From assembly GCA_051745425.1 (NCBI GenBank), contig JBNJEB010000001.1:23320-87319 (forward strand): 64,000 nucleotides of DNA, given 5' to 3'. The stretch is from Bacillota bacterium (GTDB lineage: Bacteria; Bacillota; Halanaerobiia; Halanaerobiales; Halarsenatibacteraceae). The notes beneath the pieces were generated by a model, which did not search any database, was not told the origin of the DNA, and worked only from the letters and a program-made list of their open reading frames with translations. Positions 38,933 to 48,658 of this stretch are shown here, one piece after another; positions within the stretch are counted from its first letter, which is position 1, and each line of letters begins with the position of its first letter. Made by a program: the position numbers and the translations under genes.

Positions 38933-41410
38933 TTATACAACTATATTTACCAGCTTATCTGGTATAACAATTACTTTCTTAAGATCTTTTCCACCGACAT
39001 ATTCCTGGACTTTCTCTTCCTGCAGGGCTTTTGCTTCTAAGCTTGATTTATCTAAGCCTGCTTCTACTTTCATATGCTCTCTGACTTTACCATTAATCTG
39101 AATTACAATCTCGACTTCATCTTTTTCTAATGCTGACTCTTTGTAATCAGGCCATTCTTCCTGGTGAATACTAAATTGATTTCCAAGTTTAGCCCAGAGT
39201 TCCTCAGTAAAATGAGGTGTAAACGGAGCAAGCATTAGTAATAGATTCTCAATAACATACCTGAATAGGCTGGCATTTATATCAGCCTCATTAATATAGG
39301 AATAGATTTCATTGGTTAACTCCATTATTGCACTAATAGCAGTATTAAAATTATTTCTTTCTCCGAGATCTATTGTAACCCTCTTAATAGTTTCATGCAG
39401 CTTTCTATATAGCTTTTTATCCCCGTCTTCAAAGCCATCTGGTTCAATCTCTGTTGTAACATTCTTAATAGTATCAAGATTATCGATTACAGCTCTCCAT
39501 ACTCTATTTACAAATCGGGCCTGCCCTTCTATACCTTTATCGCTCCATTCGAGATCTTTCTCAGGAGGTGCAGCAAATAGAATAAAGAGCCTGGTTGCAT
39601 CAGCACCATAATTAGAAAGAATGTTTAGAGGATCCACAACATTCCCCTTACTTTTTGACATCTTGCTGCCATCTTTTAAAACCATGCCCTGGGCCAGATA
39701 ATGATCAAAGGGCTCAATAGTTTCAGTTAAATTTAGATCTTTCATAACCTTTGTAAAGAAACGGGCATATAGTAAATGCAAGATAGCATGTTCCACTCCA
39801 CCAACATAGGTATCTACTGGGGTCCAGTTATCGGCATTCTCTTTTTCAAAAGGAATGGTCTGATTATTAGCATCTAAATATCTCATAAAATACCAGGATG
39901 AATCAACAAATGTATCCATGGTATCTGTTTCACGCCTGGCGTCCTTACCACATTCAGGACAGGTAGTTTTAACAAATTCCTCTGATCTTTTAAGTGGAGA
40001 TTCTCCCCCTTTACCAAGTTCTATTTCATAGGGCAATTTCACAGGAAGATCTTCCTCGGCAACAGGAACTATGCCACAATCATCACAATAAACTACAGGG
40101 ATAGGAGCTCCCCAGTAACGCTGTCTGGAAATTAGCCAGTCTTTTAGCCTATAATTTACATTCCGTTGACCAATACCTGCTTCTTCCATGTATGCAGCTA
40201 TTTTATCAAAGGCTTCATCTGAATGCAAACCATTAAATTTATCTGAATTAATAAGTATTCCAGGTTCTACAAAAGCCTCCTCTAAGCTATCTGCTCCCTG
40301 ATCAACTTGATCTTCAGGCCGGATAACTTCTCGAATATTTATCCCATATTTTCTGGCAAAATCAAAATCTCTCTGATCATGAGCAGGAACAGCCATAATG
40401 GCTCCAGTACCATACCCCATCAATACATAATTGGCAATATAAATAGGTATCTCTTCTCCTGAGATAGGATTAACTGCCTTTACCCCTGTATCTATCCCCA
40501 ATTTTTCAGAGTCTGGCGAAGTTCTTTCGTTCTCTTCCTGCTGACTTACCATTTCAATAAATTCATTTAATTCAGCTTCTTTTCCTGATATTTCAAGAAA
40601 TTTATCAACAAGTGGATGTTCTGGAGCCAGAACCATATAAGTTGCACCATAAATAGTATCTGGCCTGGTTGTAAATACTTCTATCTGATCATCTGTGGCA
40701 GGAACAGGAAAATTAATTAATGTTCCCTCACTTCTGCCAATCCAGTTTCTCTGCATTGCTTTAACTCTATCTGGCCATTTATCTAAAAATTTATGATCAT
40801 CAAGAAGCCTATCAGCATAATCAGTGATTCTTAAGAACCATTGAGACAGCTTCTTTTTCTCCACATGAGTCTCACAGCGTTCACAGGCATCATCAACAAC
40901 CTGTTCATTTGCAAGTACTGTTTCACAACTCGGGCACCAATTAACAGCAGCTTTTTTTCTATAAGCTAAATCATTTTTAAACATCTGAATAAAAAACCAC
41001 TGGGTCCAGCGATAATAATCCTGGCTTGCTGTTGTTACTTCTCTATCCCAGTCATAACTCAAACCTAAACTCTTCATCTGCCTTTTCATCTCTTTTATAT
41101 TGTCCCAGGTCCAATCCTTTGGATGGATATTTCCATGTTCAATTGCTGCATTTTCTGCTGGCAGACCAAAAGCATCCCAGCCCATCGGGTGCATTACATT
41201 ATAACCCTGCATTCTTTTATAACGGGCAATTACATCACCAATTGAATATACCCTTACATGGCCCATATGTAATTTGCCTGATGGGTATGGAAACATTTCC
41301 AAAACATAATGCTCTGGACCTTCTTTAATATCTACTTTATCTAATTCAGCAGATTCCCACTTTTCTTGCCATTTCTTATCAAATTTTTGGAATTCATATT
41401 GTTCAGTCAT
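38933..41410 (-). CDS. leuS: leucine--tRNA ligase
   Basis: 825 aa with class I motifs HMGH (GKLHMGHVRVY) and KMSKS. Confidence 0.97.
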   Translation of the reverse strand: MTEQYEFQKFDKKWQEKWESAELDKVDIKEGPEHYVLEMFPYPSGKLHMGHVRVYSIGDVIARYKRMQGYNVMHPMGWDAFGLPAENAAIEHGNIHPKDWTWDNIKEMKRQMKSLGLSYDWDREVTTASQDYYRWTQWFFIQMFKNDLAYRKKAAVNWCPSCETVLANEQVVDDACERCETHVEKKKLSQWFLRITDYADRLLDDHKFLDKWPDRVKAMQRNWIGRSEGTLINFPVPATDDQIEVFTTRPDTIYGATYMVLAPEHPLVDKFLEISGKEAELNEFIEMVSQQEENERTSPDSEKLGIDTGVKAVNPISGEEIPIYIANYVLMGYGTGAIMAVPAHDQRDFDFARKYGINIREVIRPEDQVDQGADSLEEAFVEPGILINSDKFNGLHSDEAFDKIAAYMEEAGIGQRNVNYRLKDWLISRQRYWGAPIPVVYCDDCGIVPVAEEDLPVKLPYEIELGKGGESPLKRSEEFVKTTCPECGKDARRETDTMDTFVDSSWYFMRYLDANNQTIPFEKENADNWTPVDTYVGGVEHAILHLLYARFFTKVMKDLNLTETIEPFDHYLAQGMVLKDGSKMSKSKGNVVDPLNILSNYGADATRLFILFAAPPEKDLEWSDKGIEGQARFVNRVWRAVIDNLDTIKNVTTEIEPDGFEDGDKKLYRKLHETIKRVTIDLGERNNFNTAISAIMELTNEIYSYINEADINASLFRYVIENLLLMLAPFTPHFTEELWAKLGNQFSIHQEEWPDYKESALEKDEVEIVIQINGKVREHMKVEAGLDKSSLEAKALQEEKVQEYVGGKDLKKVIVIPDKLVNIVV

Positions 41411-41444
41411 TAGTTATCATCTCCTCTTTCTAAATATTATAAAT

Positions 41445-41689
41445 AATTAAAACCCCATCCCAGAAAAAAGGGACGAGGTTTACATACCCGTGGTACCACC
41501 CAGATTAACCTTAAGTACAAGGCTCACTCAAAACATTAACGCTGTTAAACGTCAGAAGCTAATCAATTCACTCCTGAAACTCAAGAATGAGTTCGGCACA
41601 GGGACTGATACTGGTTTCCAGCAATTCCAGCTCTCTCTAATCAGTTTAATACCTACTACTTTCTATCATTGTTTATAAGATATTTATAT
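41445..41689 (-). promoter_or_regulatory. T-box leader (tRNA-Leu responsive, specifier CUC) with terminator
   Basis: All on the minus strand. T-box motif AAUCUGGGUGGUACCACGGG (41487-41501 region). Terminator CCUCGUCCC-UUUUUUCU-GGGAUGGGG plus UUUU (41453-41478). Stem I AGAGAG element. Specifier loop GAA-CUC-A (CUC at 41589-41591). Confidence 0.85.
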
Positions 41690-41695
41690 ACTAAA

Positions 41696-41724
41696 ATTAT
41701 ATTATTATTTAATTTACCTGTCAA
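41696..41724 (-). promoter_or_regulatory. consensus sigma-A promoter of the leuS T-box leader
   Basis: Minus strand TTGACA (41719-41724), 17 nt spacer, TATAAT (41696-41701). Confidence 0.6.
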
Positions 41725-41732
41725 GTAATTTC

Positions 41733-42086
41733 TTATGCATCTTCCAATAATTTTTTTGCATCTGCCCACAATCTTTCCAGGTCATAATACTCTCTCTCCT
41801 GATGATGAAATATATGAACAATAATATCCTGATAATCTAATAGGATCCAGCGTCCCTGATTTCTGCCTGCAATTTTATGTGGTTCTATTTCATCTTCTGC
41901 AAGTATATCTTCTATCTCTCTTGCTATAGCCTTAACCTGATTTTCATTCTGGCCACTTATTATAACAAAATAATCAGCCATAGGAGTCAACTCATTGACT
42001 TCAAGAACAGAAATATTCTGCCCTTTTTTATCATCTGCTATATCAGCAATTTTCAAAGCCTTTTCTTTAGTACTTAAACTTTTCAT
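41733..42086 (-). CDS. rsfS: ribosome silencing factor RsfS (iojap-like)
   Basis: 117 aa with RsfS/YqeL family sequence (ADYFVIISGQNENQVKAIA). Confidence 0.9.
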   Translation of the reverse strand: MKSLSTKEKALKIADIADDKKGQNISVLEVNELTPMADYFVIISGQNENQVKAIAREIEDILAEDEIEPHKIAGRNQGRWILLDYQDIIVHIFHHQEREYYDLERLWADAKKLLEDA

Positions 42087-42091
42087 TCAAT

Positions 42092-43285
42092 TTATGCCCC
42101 TTCCTCTTTTACTTCCTTATCCAGATAATCCTGTCCTATAATTATTTCAATCTTATTTTCATTTATATCTGATTCTTTTTCTTCTTCAATATAAACTGCT
42201 TCTCCGCCTAGATAATTTAATAAATTATCTACAGCTGAACTTTTATCTTCAGAATAATACCTTATCTCAGTCTTTTCATAATTATAATTGTCTGCATTGG
42301 TAACTTTATTAATATTAAATCCAAATCTTTTCAAGTCATTTGCTAATTTACCTGCTATTCCTGCCTCTCCATTACCGTTTTTTACGATTAGCTCAGTCTG
42401 ATTATTAGCAATATACTCTTTGCTATGGATTAATTTATGAACTAAAGCTTCAGTTTCATCAAGATCAGGAACCCAGTAACTGGCACCATTTATATATTCC
42501 GGTTCCCCTGGAAGCATAGCTGTCTCAAGGTTATTCAAGTCAACATCTTTAGCTAAAAATAAAAATGATGATATATCAATTAATGGAATATTTGTATTTA
42601 AAGAGTTATTAACTTCCTGATATATAGAAGGCAATCTGGCAATCGTTGAAGGGTTTAAAGCCTGATCTATAACAGCATTAACAAATTTACGCTGCCTTTC
42701 AACCCTACCAATATCACCTCTAGATGATTCTCTGTATCTAACATAATTTAAAGCATCTCTGCCATCTAGAGTCTGTTCACCTGCGGATATATCAATATTA
42801 AGGTCTCCTGCTCTATCAGTATAATTTAAATCTTTCTCAACATTAATATCTATTCCGCCCATGGCATTTATAATTTTGATAAATCCATTAAAATCTAAAT
42901 CGGCATAATAATTTATTTTAATATCTAAAAATTCTTCAAGTGTTTCTATAGTTAAATCAACGCCTCCAAACGCATATGCTGCATTAATCCGATTAATTCC
43001 TCTGCCAGGAATACTTAATCTTGTATCTCTTGGAATAAATAAAATTCCTGCCTGACGGGTTTCAATATCAATGCTCGCCAGAATAATTGTATCTGTCCTG
43101 CTAATACCATAATGATCCTTATCATGCCCAGTAACTAAAACATTTATTTTTGAATTAGAGAATGGATTATTATCCTGGGCAGAAAAACTTGTAGATAAAT
43201 ACTGGCTGGCAAAGTTACCTAAAAAAACAATAAATACAAGTGCAATAATAAATAATTTCCCTTTGAGAGGAATTCTTTTATTCAT
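42092..43285 (-). CDS. LytR-CpsA-Psr (LCP) family protein
   Basis: N-terminal TM, LCP catalytic domain (RTDTIILASID, LNYVRYR), and a C-terminal LytR_C-like domain. Confidence 0.8.
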   Translation of the reverse strand: MNKRIPLKGKLFIIALVFIVFLGNFASQYLSTSFSAQDNNPFSNSKINVLVTGHDKDHYGISRTDTIILASIDIETRQAGILFIPRDTRLSIPGRGINRINAAYAFGGVDLTIETLEEFLDIKINYYADLDFNGFIKIINAMGGIDINVEKDLNYTDRAGDLNIDISAGEQTLDGRDALNYVRYRESSRGDIGRVERQRKFVNAVIDQALNPSTIARLPSIYQEVNNSLNTNIPLIDISSFLFLAKDVDLNNLETAMLPGEPEYINGASYWVPDLDETEALVHKLIHSKEYIANNQTELIVKNGNGEAGIAGKLANDLKRFGFNINKVTNADNYNYEKTEIRYYSEDKSSAVDNLLNYLGGEAVYIEEEKESDINENKIEIIIGQDYLDKEVKEEGA

Positions 43286-44480
43286 TATTTTCTTTACCTC
43301 CCAAAACTTTATTTCTTAATAAAATTAAATTTGGATGAATCTCAATATTTCTGTCAACTAAATACTGCAAATTGTGACCTGTAAGCTTTAAGATAGCCTG
43401 GTCTAGATTCTTTAAAGCCAGTTTATAAATATCGGCTCTTCCTGGATAGTCTCTGCCAGGCTCAATTTTATCAGCCAAAAATACAATTTTACCGATTAAT
43501 CCTAAATCTGGATGACCGATAGTATGATATCTTATTGCCTCTAAAACCTGACTATCACTAATACCAAACTTTTCTTCAGCTAAATAAGCAGAAGCCGGCC
43601 CGTGTAATAATGATTCTTTACTGTATTCAAAAGATTTTAATGGCCAGTTAGATTTTTTAACAAATTCCTGTAATTTTAATTTTGAGTAACCTTTACCTAG
43701 ATCATGACAGAGAGCGGCTATCTTTACTTTCCAGAGTTGCTCCTTATCAGCTGTTATATTTGAGGCTGTTTTAACAACCCTTAAAGTATGCTGATATCTA
43801 TAATCATTTAGATTATTTTTAAGATAATTTTTAATCTGCTCAAAAATATTTATATCTATAGAACTTTTAGAATTTGAATACATGTATAACCTATTACGCA
43901 TAATATATTCTTCAACTTCAAATGGCACCATATATTTAATTCTTTTATTATTTTTAACCCTATTTCTAATCTGACTTGAAGAAAAATCAATTCTTCCAGT
44001 AGTTAATTTTTTAATATTATCAAGATAATTTTTGTAATTATCATCTGATAAAATATCATCAATATTATAACCTTTTCTAGGTAATACAAGCAGATTACTA
44101 TTTTCTAAAATATATTCAGGTCTCTTCCAGCTAAAAATTTCCTCTAAAGAATCAGCACCAATAATAAAAGATACCTTAAATCCCTGCTGAATAAAATATT
44201 TTAATGTTTTTGCTGTAAAAGATAGCCCTGCCTGTTTTATTTCAAAATCAGATAAATTAAAATATAGATTATCTTTAATAGCTAAATCAACCATATTATA
44301 TCTATCTCTAGAATTACTAATCATTTTATTCTGCTTATGTGGTGGGTCACCGGCTGGCAAAAAAACAACCTGCTCAGCATTCTGCTCCTGCCTGGCAGCC
44401 TCTGCCAGAAACAAATGGCCGAAATGAGGGGGATCAAAAGTACCACCATAAAGAACTATATTTTTATTTTTTTTATTCAA
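43278..44480 (-). CDS. nadD: fusion protein: nicotinate-nucleotide adenylyltransferase NadD plus YqeK-type HD hydrolase
   Basis: N-terminal half has the nucleotidyltransferase motif GGTFDPPHFGHL. The C-terminal half has an HD domain (YQHTLRVV, LCHDLGK, RYHTIG) like YqeK. Confidence 0.85.
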   Translation of the reverse strand: MNKKNKNIVLYGGTFDPPHFGHLFLAEAARQEQNAEQVVFLPAGDPPHKQNKMISNSRDRYNMVDLAIKDNLYFNLSDFEIKQAGLSFTAKTLKYFIQQGFKVSFIIGADSLEEIFSWKRPEYILENSNLLVLPRKGYNIDDILSDDNYKNYLDNIKKLTTGRIDFSSSQIRNRVKNNKRIKYMVPFEVEEYIMRNRLYMYSNSKSSIDINIFEQIKNYLKNNLNDYRYQHTLRVVKTASNITADKEQLWKVKIAALCHDLGKGYSKLKLQEFVKKSNWPLKSFEYSKESLLHGPASAYLAEEKFGISDSQVLEAIRYHTIGHPDLGLIGKIVFLADKIEPGRDYPGRADIYKLALKNLDQAILKLTGHNLQYLVDRNIEIHPNLILLRNKVLGGKENNE

Positions 44481-44567
44481 ACCTTATCACCAGCCTAAAT
44501 TCATGATATCATTATATTAAATGATATGATTATATGCAAGTCAAGAATATATAAAGGAGGCCTTGGT

Positions 44568-45080
44568 ATGAATTACTCATATAATAAATCAACCCCAGAA
44601 ATCGATGATTCAGCCTATATTGCTCCTGGAGTTAGATTGATTGGAGATATTAAAATTGAAGCAGACTGCAATATCTGGCCCAATGCTGTTCTTAGGGGCG
44701 ATTTAAATAAAATAACTATTAAAAACGGCTCAAATATTCAGGATAATGCCACTATCCATGTTGAACGTAACCAAAAAGTATCTGTTGGTAAAAATGTTAC
44801 AGTTGGCCATTCAGCTATTATTCATGGATGCATTATTGAAGATGAATGTTTAATAGGTATGGGAGCAACAATTCTAAATGGCGCTAAAATTGGTAGCGGT
44901 AGTATTATCGGCGCCAATGCGTTAGTTTCTGAAGATAAAGAGATCCCACCTAATAGCCTGGTTGTCGGTTTGCCTGGCAAAATTATAAGAGAAACCACTG
45001 AAGAAGAAAGAAAAAGAATAAAAGAATCAGCAAAGCATTATATTAAATTAAGTAAAGAACATAAAAATTCACAACAATAA
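44568..45080 (+). CDS. gamma-class carbonic anhydrase-like hexapeptide-repeat protein (YrdA/PaaY-like)
   Basis: Left-handed beta-helix repeats (IAPGVRLIGDIKIEADCNIWPNAVLRGD). ATG 44568 lies behind AAGGAGG. Confidence 0.8.
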   Translation: MNYSYNKSTPEIDDSAYIAPGVRLIGDIKIEADCNIWPNAVLRGDLNKITIKNGSNIQDNATIHVERNQKVSVGKNVTVGHSAIIHGCIIEDECLIGMGATILNGAKIGSGSIIGANALVSEDKEIPPNSLVVGLPGKIIRETTEEERKRIKESAKHYIKLSKEHKNSQQ

Positions 45081-45081
45081 A

Positions 45082-45909
45082 TCACTGACTTCTTTTATTT
45101 TTCATAATTTCTTCATAAGCAGCTTGAATTTCAGTAAATTTTTCTTTAGCCATCTCAACAAATTCATCTGGTAAATCTTTAGCTATTATTTTATCAGGAT
45201 GATATTTTTTAGCTAATTCACGATACTTTTTCTTGACCTGAGTTTTATCAGCACCTGGTTCCAAATTCAAAGTCTCATAAGCTTCTTTTAGCCGGTTCCT
45301 TGTAGACATTCTTCTGGAACCGGTTCTTCTGCCCTGATAACTATTATTTTGGTAATTTCTATCATGACTTAATCTAAAAATAAACTGTAATTCATCTAAA
45401 AACTCTTCCTGTTTTTTGCTAGGACCATTATTGGCATCACTTAAGCGAAATAAAAGATTCATTATAGAATTTAAAATATTAGGATTATATCTAACTAATT
45501 TCGCTATATTTTCTGCATAATATTTTAAGTCATAACTATTTCTTTTTGCCTGATCAAAAAATTTAATAGCCATTTTTCTATCCTGTTCATTTAAATTTAA
45601 CTCATCTCTAACAAAGTGATCAACAATCTCTATCTCTTCTCTAGTAACAGTTCCATCACCCTGGGCAAAAACGGCCAGCAAACCAAATAAATTTTTGTAA
45701 AACTCTTGCTGTTGAAGATTACGACTGCTATAAGAATATCTTCTGCCAGTACCACCTGCATTACCTTCCAGTAAATATCCAATTAAAGCTCCAAGTATTG
45801 CTCCTGGAATATTAAAAATTAAAAATCCTATCATAGCCCCAATAAAGGGAAGACTGCAACCCAAAAGAAAAACCTCCTCATAAACTATATAAAACTCAGA
45901 TACCATCAT
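45082..45909 (-). CDS. DjlA-like co-chaperone (TM/Gly-rich N-terminus, TerB-like middle, C-terminal J domain)
   Basis: C-terminal J domain with HPD (AKKYHPDKII). The central region resembles TerB. Confidence 0.65.
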   Translation of the reverse strand: MMVSEFYIVYEEVFLLGCSLPFIGAMIGFLIFNIPGAILGALIGYLLEGNAGGTGRRYSYSSRNLQQQEFYKNLFGLLAVFAQGDGTVTREEIEIVDHFVRDELNLNEQDRKMAIKFFDQAKRNSYDLKYYAENIAKLVRYNPNILNSIMNLLFRLSDANNGPSKKQEEFLDELQFIFRLSHDRNYQNNSYQGRRTGSRRMSTRNRLKEAYETLNLEPGADKTQVKKKYRELAKKYHPDKIIAKDLPDEFVEMAKEKFTEIQAAYEEIMKNKRSQ

Positions 45910-45959
45910 CTTATATTATAACATACTATCATAAAAAGTTTAATTTAATTACAAGATAT

Positions 45960-45988
45960 TTGCATACTAGATAATTTATTGATATTAT
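45960..45988 (+). promoter_or_regulatory. candidate sigma-A promoter for the 46036-48606 gene set
   Basis: TTGCAT (45960-45965), 17 nt spacer, TATTAT (45983-45988). Confidence 0.4.
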
Positions 45989-46035
45989 TATGTTATGGAT
46001 AATTTTACCCAAATTAATTTGAAGGAGTTAATAAA

Positions 46036-46290
46036 ATGAATAAATTTTTAAATTTTAGTTTATATTTTATAGGTCTATTTTTAATAATTCTTTCAATATT
46101 GATTATTGGTTTAACGCTTTTTACAAATATAATTCCTGAACATTCCCTTATTTATGTATTAGATATTCCTGAAATAGCTGTTGTTACCGGCATTATCTTT
46201 ATTTCCTTATTATTTTTACTGCTACCTGGGCTAATTCTTATTTCTTTTGCAAGAATTACAAAACTTTTAGAAAATATCACTAAACTTTAA
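46036..46290 (+). CDS. small hydrophobic membrane protein (hypothetical)
   Basis: 84 aa with 2-3 predicted TM segments and a GGAG RBS. Its stop lies 19 nt before the next gene's start. Confidence 0.45.
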   Translation: MNKFLNFSLYFIGLFLIILSILIIGLTLFTNIIPEHSLIYVLDIPEIAVVTGIIFISLLFLLLPGLILISFARITKLLENITKL

Positions 46291-46309
46291 TAGCCGAAAG
46301 GAGGTAAAT

Positions 46310-47545
46310 ATGAATAGAGAATTAGATAATAAGAGAAAAGCTGCCTTAAAAAGAGCCAAAGAACTCAAAAATACTATTAAAGATTATTTGCAGGAAAGTT
46401 CAAAAATTAAAACTGGCTTAGATTTGAAAGAAAAAAGTAATAATAAAGAAAGAATTATGTCCAGACTGCAAGCTTCAGAAGAAGAATGGAATAACTGGAA
46501 ATGGCAGCTGAATAATAGAATTACTACTATCGAAAAATTAAAATCTTTAATTGAGCTTCCAGAAGATAGACTGGATGAAATTAAAAAAGTTGAAGAAAAA
46601 TTTCGCTGGGCAATCTCCCCTTATTTCTTAAGCCTAATTAATCCAGATGACCCTAACTGTGAAATAGGCAAACAGGCCCTGCCCTCCTCTCTTGAATTAC
46701 AGGACTTTGGCGGTAAATTAGACCCCATGAATGAAGAACTAACAAACCCTGCAGGCACAATAACCAGAAGATATCCTGACCGCCTTATTATAAAGCTAAC
46801 TAATGTTTGTGGAATGTTCTGTAGACATTGCCAGCGGCGAAGAGAAATAGGCCAGACTGATCATCACCAGACTCAGAAAAAAATTAATGAAAGCATAGCC
46901 TATATTAAAAACAATCCAGAAATTAGGGATGTATTATTAACTGGCGGAGATCCCTTAACTATGACAGATGATCAACTTGAAGCAATTTTAAAAGAATTAA
47001 AAGCTATTGACCATGTAGAAATCATCAGAATCGGAAGTAGAGTACCGGTAACAATGCCCCAGAGAATCACTGATGAACTCTGTGAAATGCTGGAAAAATT
47101 TCATCCCCTCTATATTAATATCCAGGTAAATCATCCTAAAGAATTAACTGAAGAAGTTTTCCAGGCTACAAACAAAATTAGTAAAGCTGGAATCCCTCTA
47201 GGAAATCAGGCAGTATTATTAAAAGGTATTAATGATAATCCTCATATCATGAAAAAACTAAATCAAGAATTATTAAAAGCTCGAGTTAAACCTTATTATA
47301 TCTTCCATGCAAAAAAAGTAAAAGGAACCGGCCATTTTCGAACTTCAGTGAGTACTGGTATTAATATAATGGAAAAGCTTAGAGGCTATACTTCTGGAAT
47401 GGCAATTCCGACATACATCATTAATGCTCCAGGAGGATTTGGTAAAACACCAATCAATCCTATTTACAATATATCCCAGAGTAAAGAACATATAAAAATT
47501 AGAACCTGGGAGGGTAGAATAATTGATTATCCAGACTCAAAATAA
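46310..47545 (+). CDS. KamA-family radical SAM aminomutase, probably glutamate 2,3-aminomutase
   Basis: CGMFCRHC cluster and PLP lysine in APGGFGK. The positions equivalent to the lysine-binding D293/D330 of Clostridium LAM are Lys335 and Asn372. Confidence 0.8.
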   Translation: MNRELDNKRKAALKRAKELKNTIKDYLQESSKIKTGLDLKEKSNNKERIMSRLQASEEEWNNWKWQLNNRITTIEKLKSLIELPEDRLDEIKKVEEKFRWAISPYFLSLINPDDPNCEIGKQALPSSLELQDFGGKLDPMNEELTNPAGTITRRYPDRLIIKLTNVCGMFCRHCQRRREIGQTDHHQTQKKINESIAYIKNNPEIRDVLLTGGDPLTMTDDQLEAILKELKAIDHVEIIRIGSRVPVTMPQRITDELCEMLEKFHPLYINIQVNHPKELTEEVFQATNKISKAGIPLGNQAVLLKGINDNPHIMKKLNQELLKARVKPYYIFHAKKVKGTGHFRTSVSTGINIMEKLRGYTSGMAIPTYIINAPGGFGKTPINPIYNISQSKEHIKIRTWEGRIIDYPDSK

Positions 47546-47649
47546 ATTATCTCTTTTTACCTTTTTTGCAACCCCTACTAGTTAAACTAACAAAATTATG
47601 TTATTATTAAATTAATTATTAGTGATAATTTAGAGGGGGATGATTAAAA

Positions 47650-48606
47650 ATGTTTAGAAAAAACATTTCAATTTCTTGGTTTATATCACTATTTATTATC
47701 TTCTCATTAGTTTCTATTTTAATTATCGCTACTGGTGCCTCTCTCTTTGCTCAGGAAAATAATCAGGTCAGGGAAGAATGGCAGCGCAATTTAGAAAACT
47801 TTAATGCTCAGTCAATAGTAATTGATAAAAATAATAATATTTATATTGGAACTACAGGCAATGATATAAAAAAATTTGATTCTAATGGTAATCTTATCTG
47901 GACTTTTGCCGGACATGATGGTCCTGTGGAGGCAATAGCTTTAGACGACAATGGAAATATTTATAGCGGAAGTTCTGATAACACATTAAGAAAAATTAAC
48001 AGCAATGGAGAAGAAGTCTGGCAATATGGCCGCCATTGGTCTAATGTAACAGCTGTAGTTGTGGATTCTAATGGATATATCTACACCGGTAGTCGTGATA
48101 ATTTTGTAAGAAAATTTGACTCTGACGGAAATAGATTATGGACATTTGAAGGCCATAATGCTCCTGTCCATGCTATTGCAGTAGATTCTCAAGGAAATGT
48201 CTTTAGTGGCAGCACTGATAAAACTTTAAGAAAAATAGATGAAGATGGCAATCAGGTCTGGCAATTCAACCGCCACTGGGGTGCTGTAACAGCAATTGCT
48301 GTTGATAATGAAAACCAGATTATTACTGGGAGTAGAGATAATGGTATTAGAAAATTTAATCAGGATGGAACCAGGTTATGGACTTATAACGGCCATAGTG
48401 AAACTATTCAAGCAATAGATATTGACTCTCAAAATAATATTTATACTGGAAGCACAGATGCCAAATTAATTAAATTAGATATGTATGGAAATGAACTCTG
48501 GAAATTTGAACAGCTTAACGGAGGAATTCTTTCATTAAAGCTGGATAATCAAAATAATATCTATTTAACAGATAATAGTATGAGGATAATAAGATTGGTT
48601 CAATAG
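47650..48606 (+). CDS. exported/membrane-anchored 7-blade beta-propeller repeat protein (WD40/PQQ-like)
   Basis: N-terminal hydrophobic anchor followed by a strict 40-aa repeat (GH..PV.AIA.D..GN..SGS.D.TLRKI...G..VWQ). Confidence 0.7.
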   Translation: MFRKNISISWFISLFIIFSLVSILIIATGASLFAQENNQVREEWQRNLENFNAQSIVIDKNNNIYIGTTGNDIKKFDSNGNLIWTFAGHDGPVEAIALDDNGNIYSGSSDNTLRKINSNGEEVWQYGRHWSNVTAVVVDSNGYIYTGSRDNFVRKFDSDGNRLWTFEGHNAPVHAIAVDSQGNVFSGSTDKTLRKIDEDGNQVWQFNRHWGAVTAIAVDNENQIITGSRDNGIRKFNQDGTRLWTYNGHSETIQAIDIDSQNNIYTGSTDAKLIKLDMYGNELWKFEQLNGGILSLKLDNQNNIYLTDNSMRIIRLVQ

Positions 48607-48658
48607 AACTATATTTATTACCTTTTAAACTCAACTTAATTTAAATAGTATATTAAGA

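Noticed and set aside
41490-41678. 62-aa plus-strand ORF in the leuS upstream region.
   Set aside because: The region is a T-box leader on the opposite strand (T-box motif, specifier loop, terminator). The ORF is a by-product.
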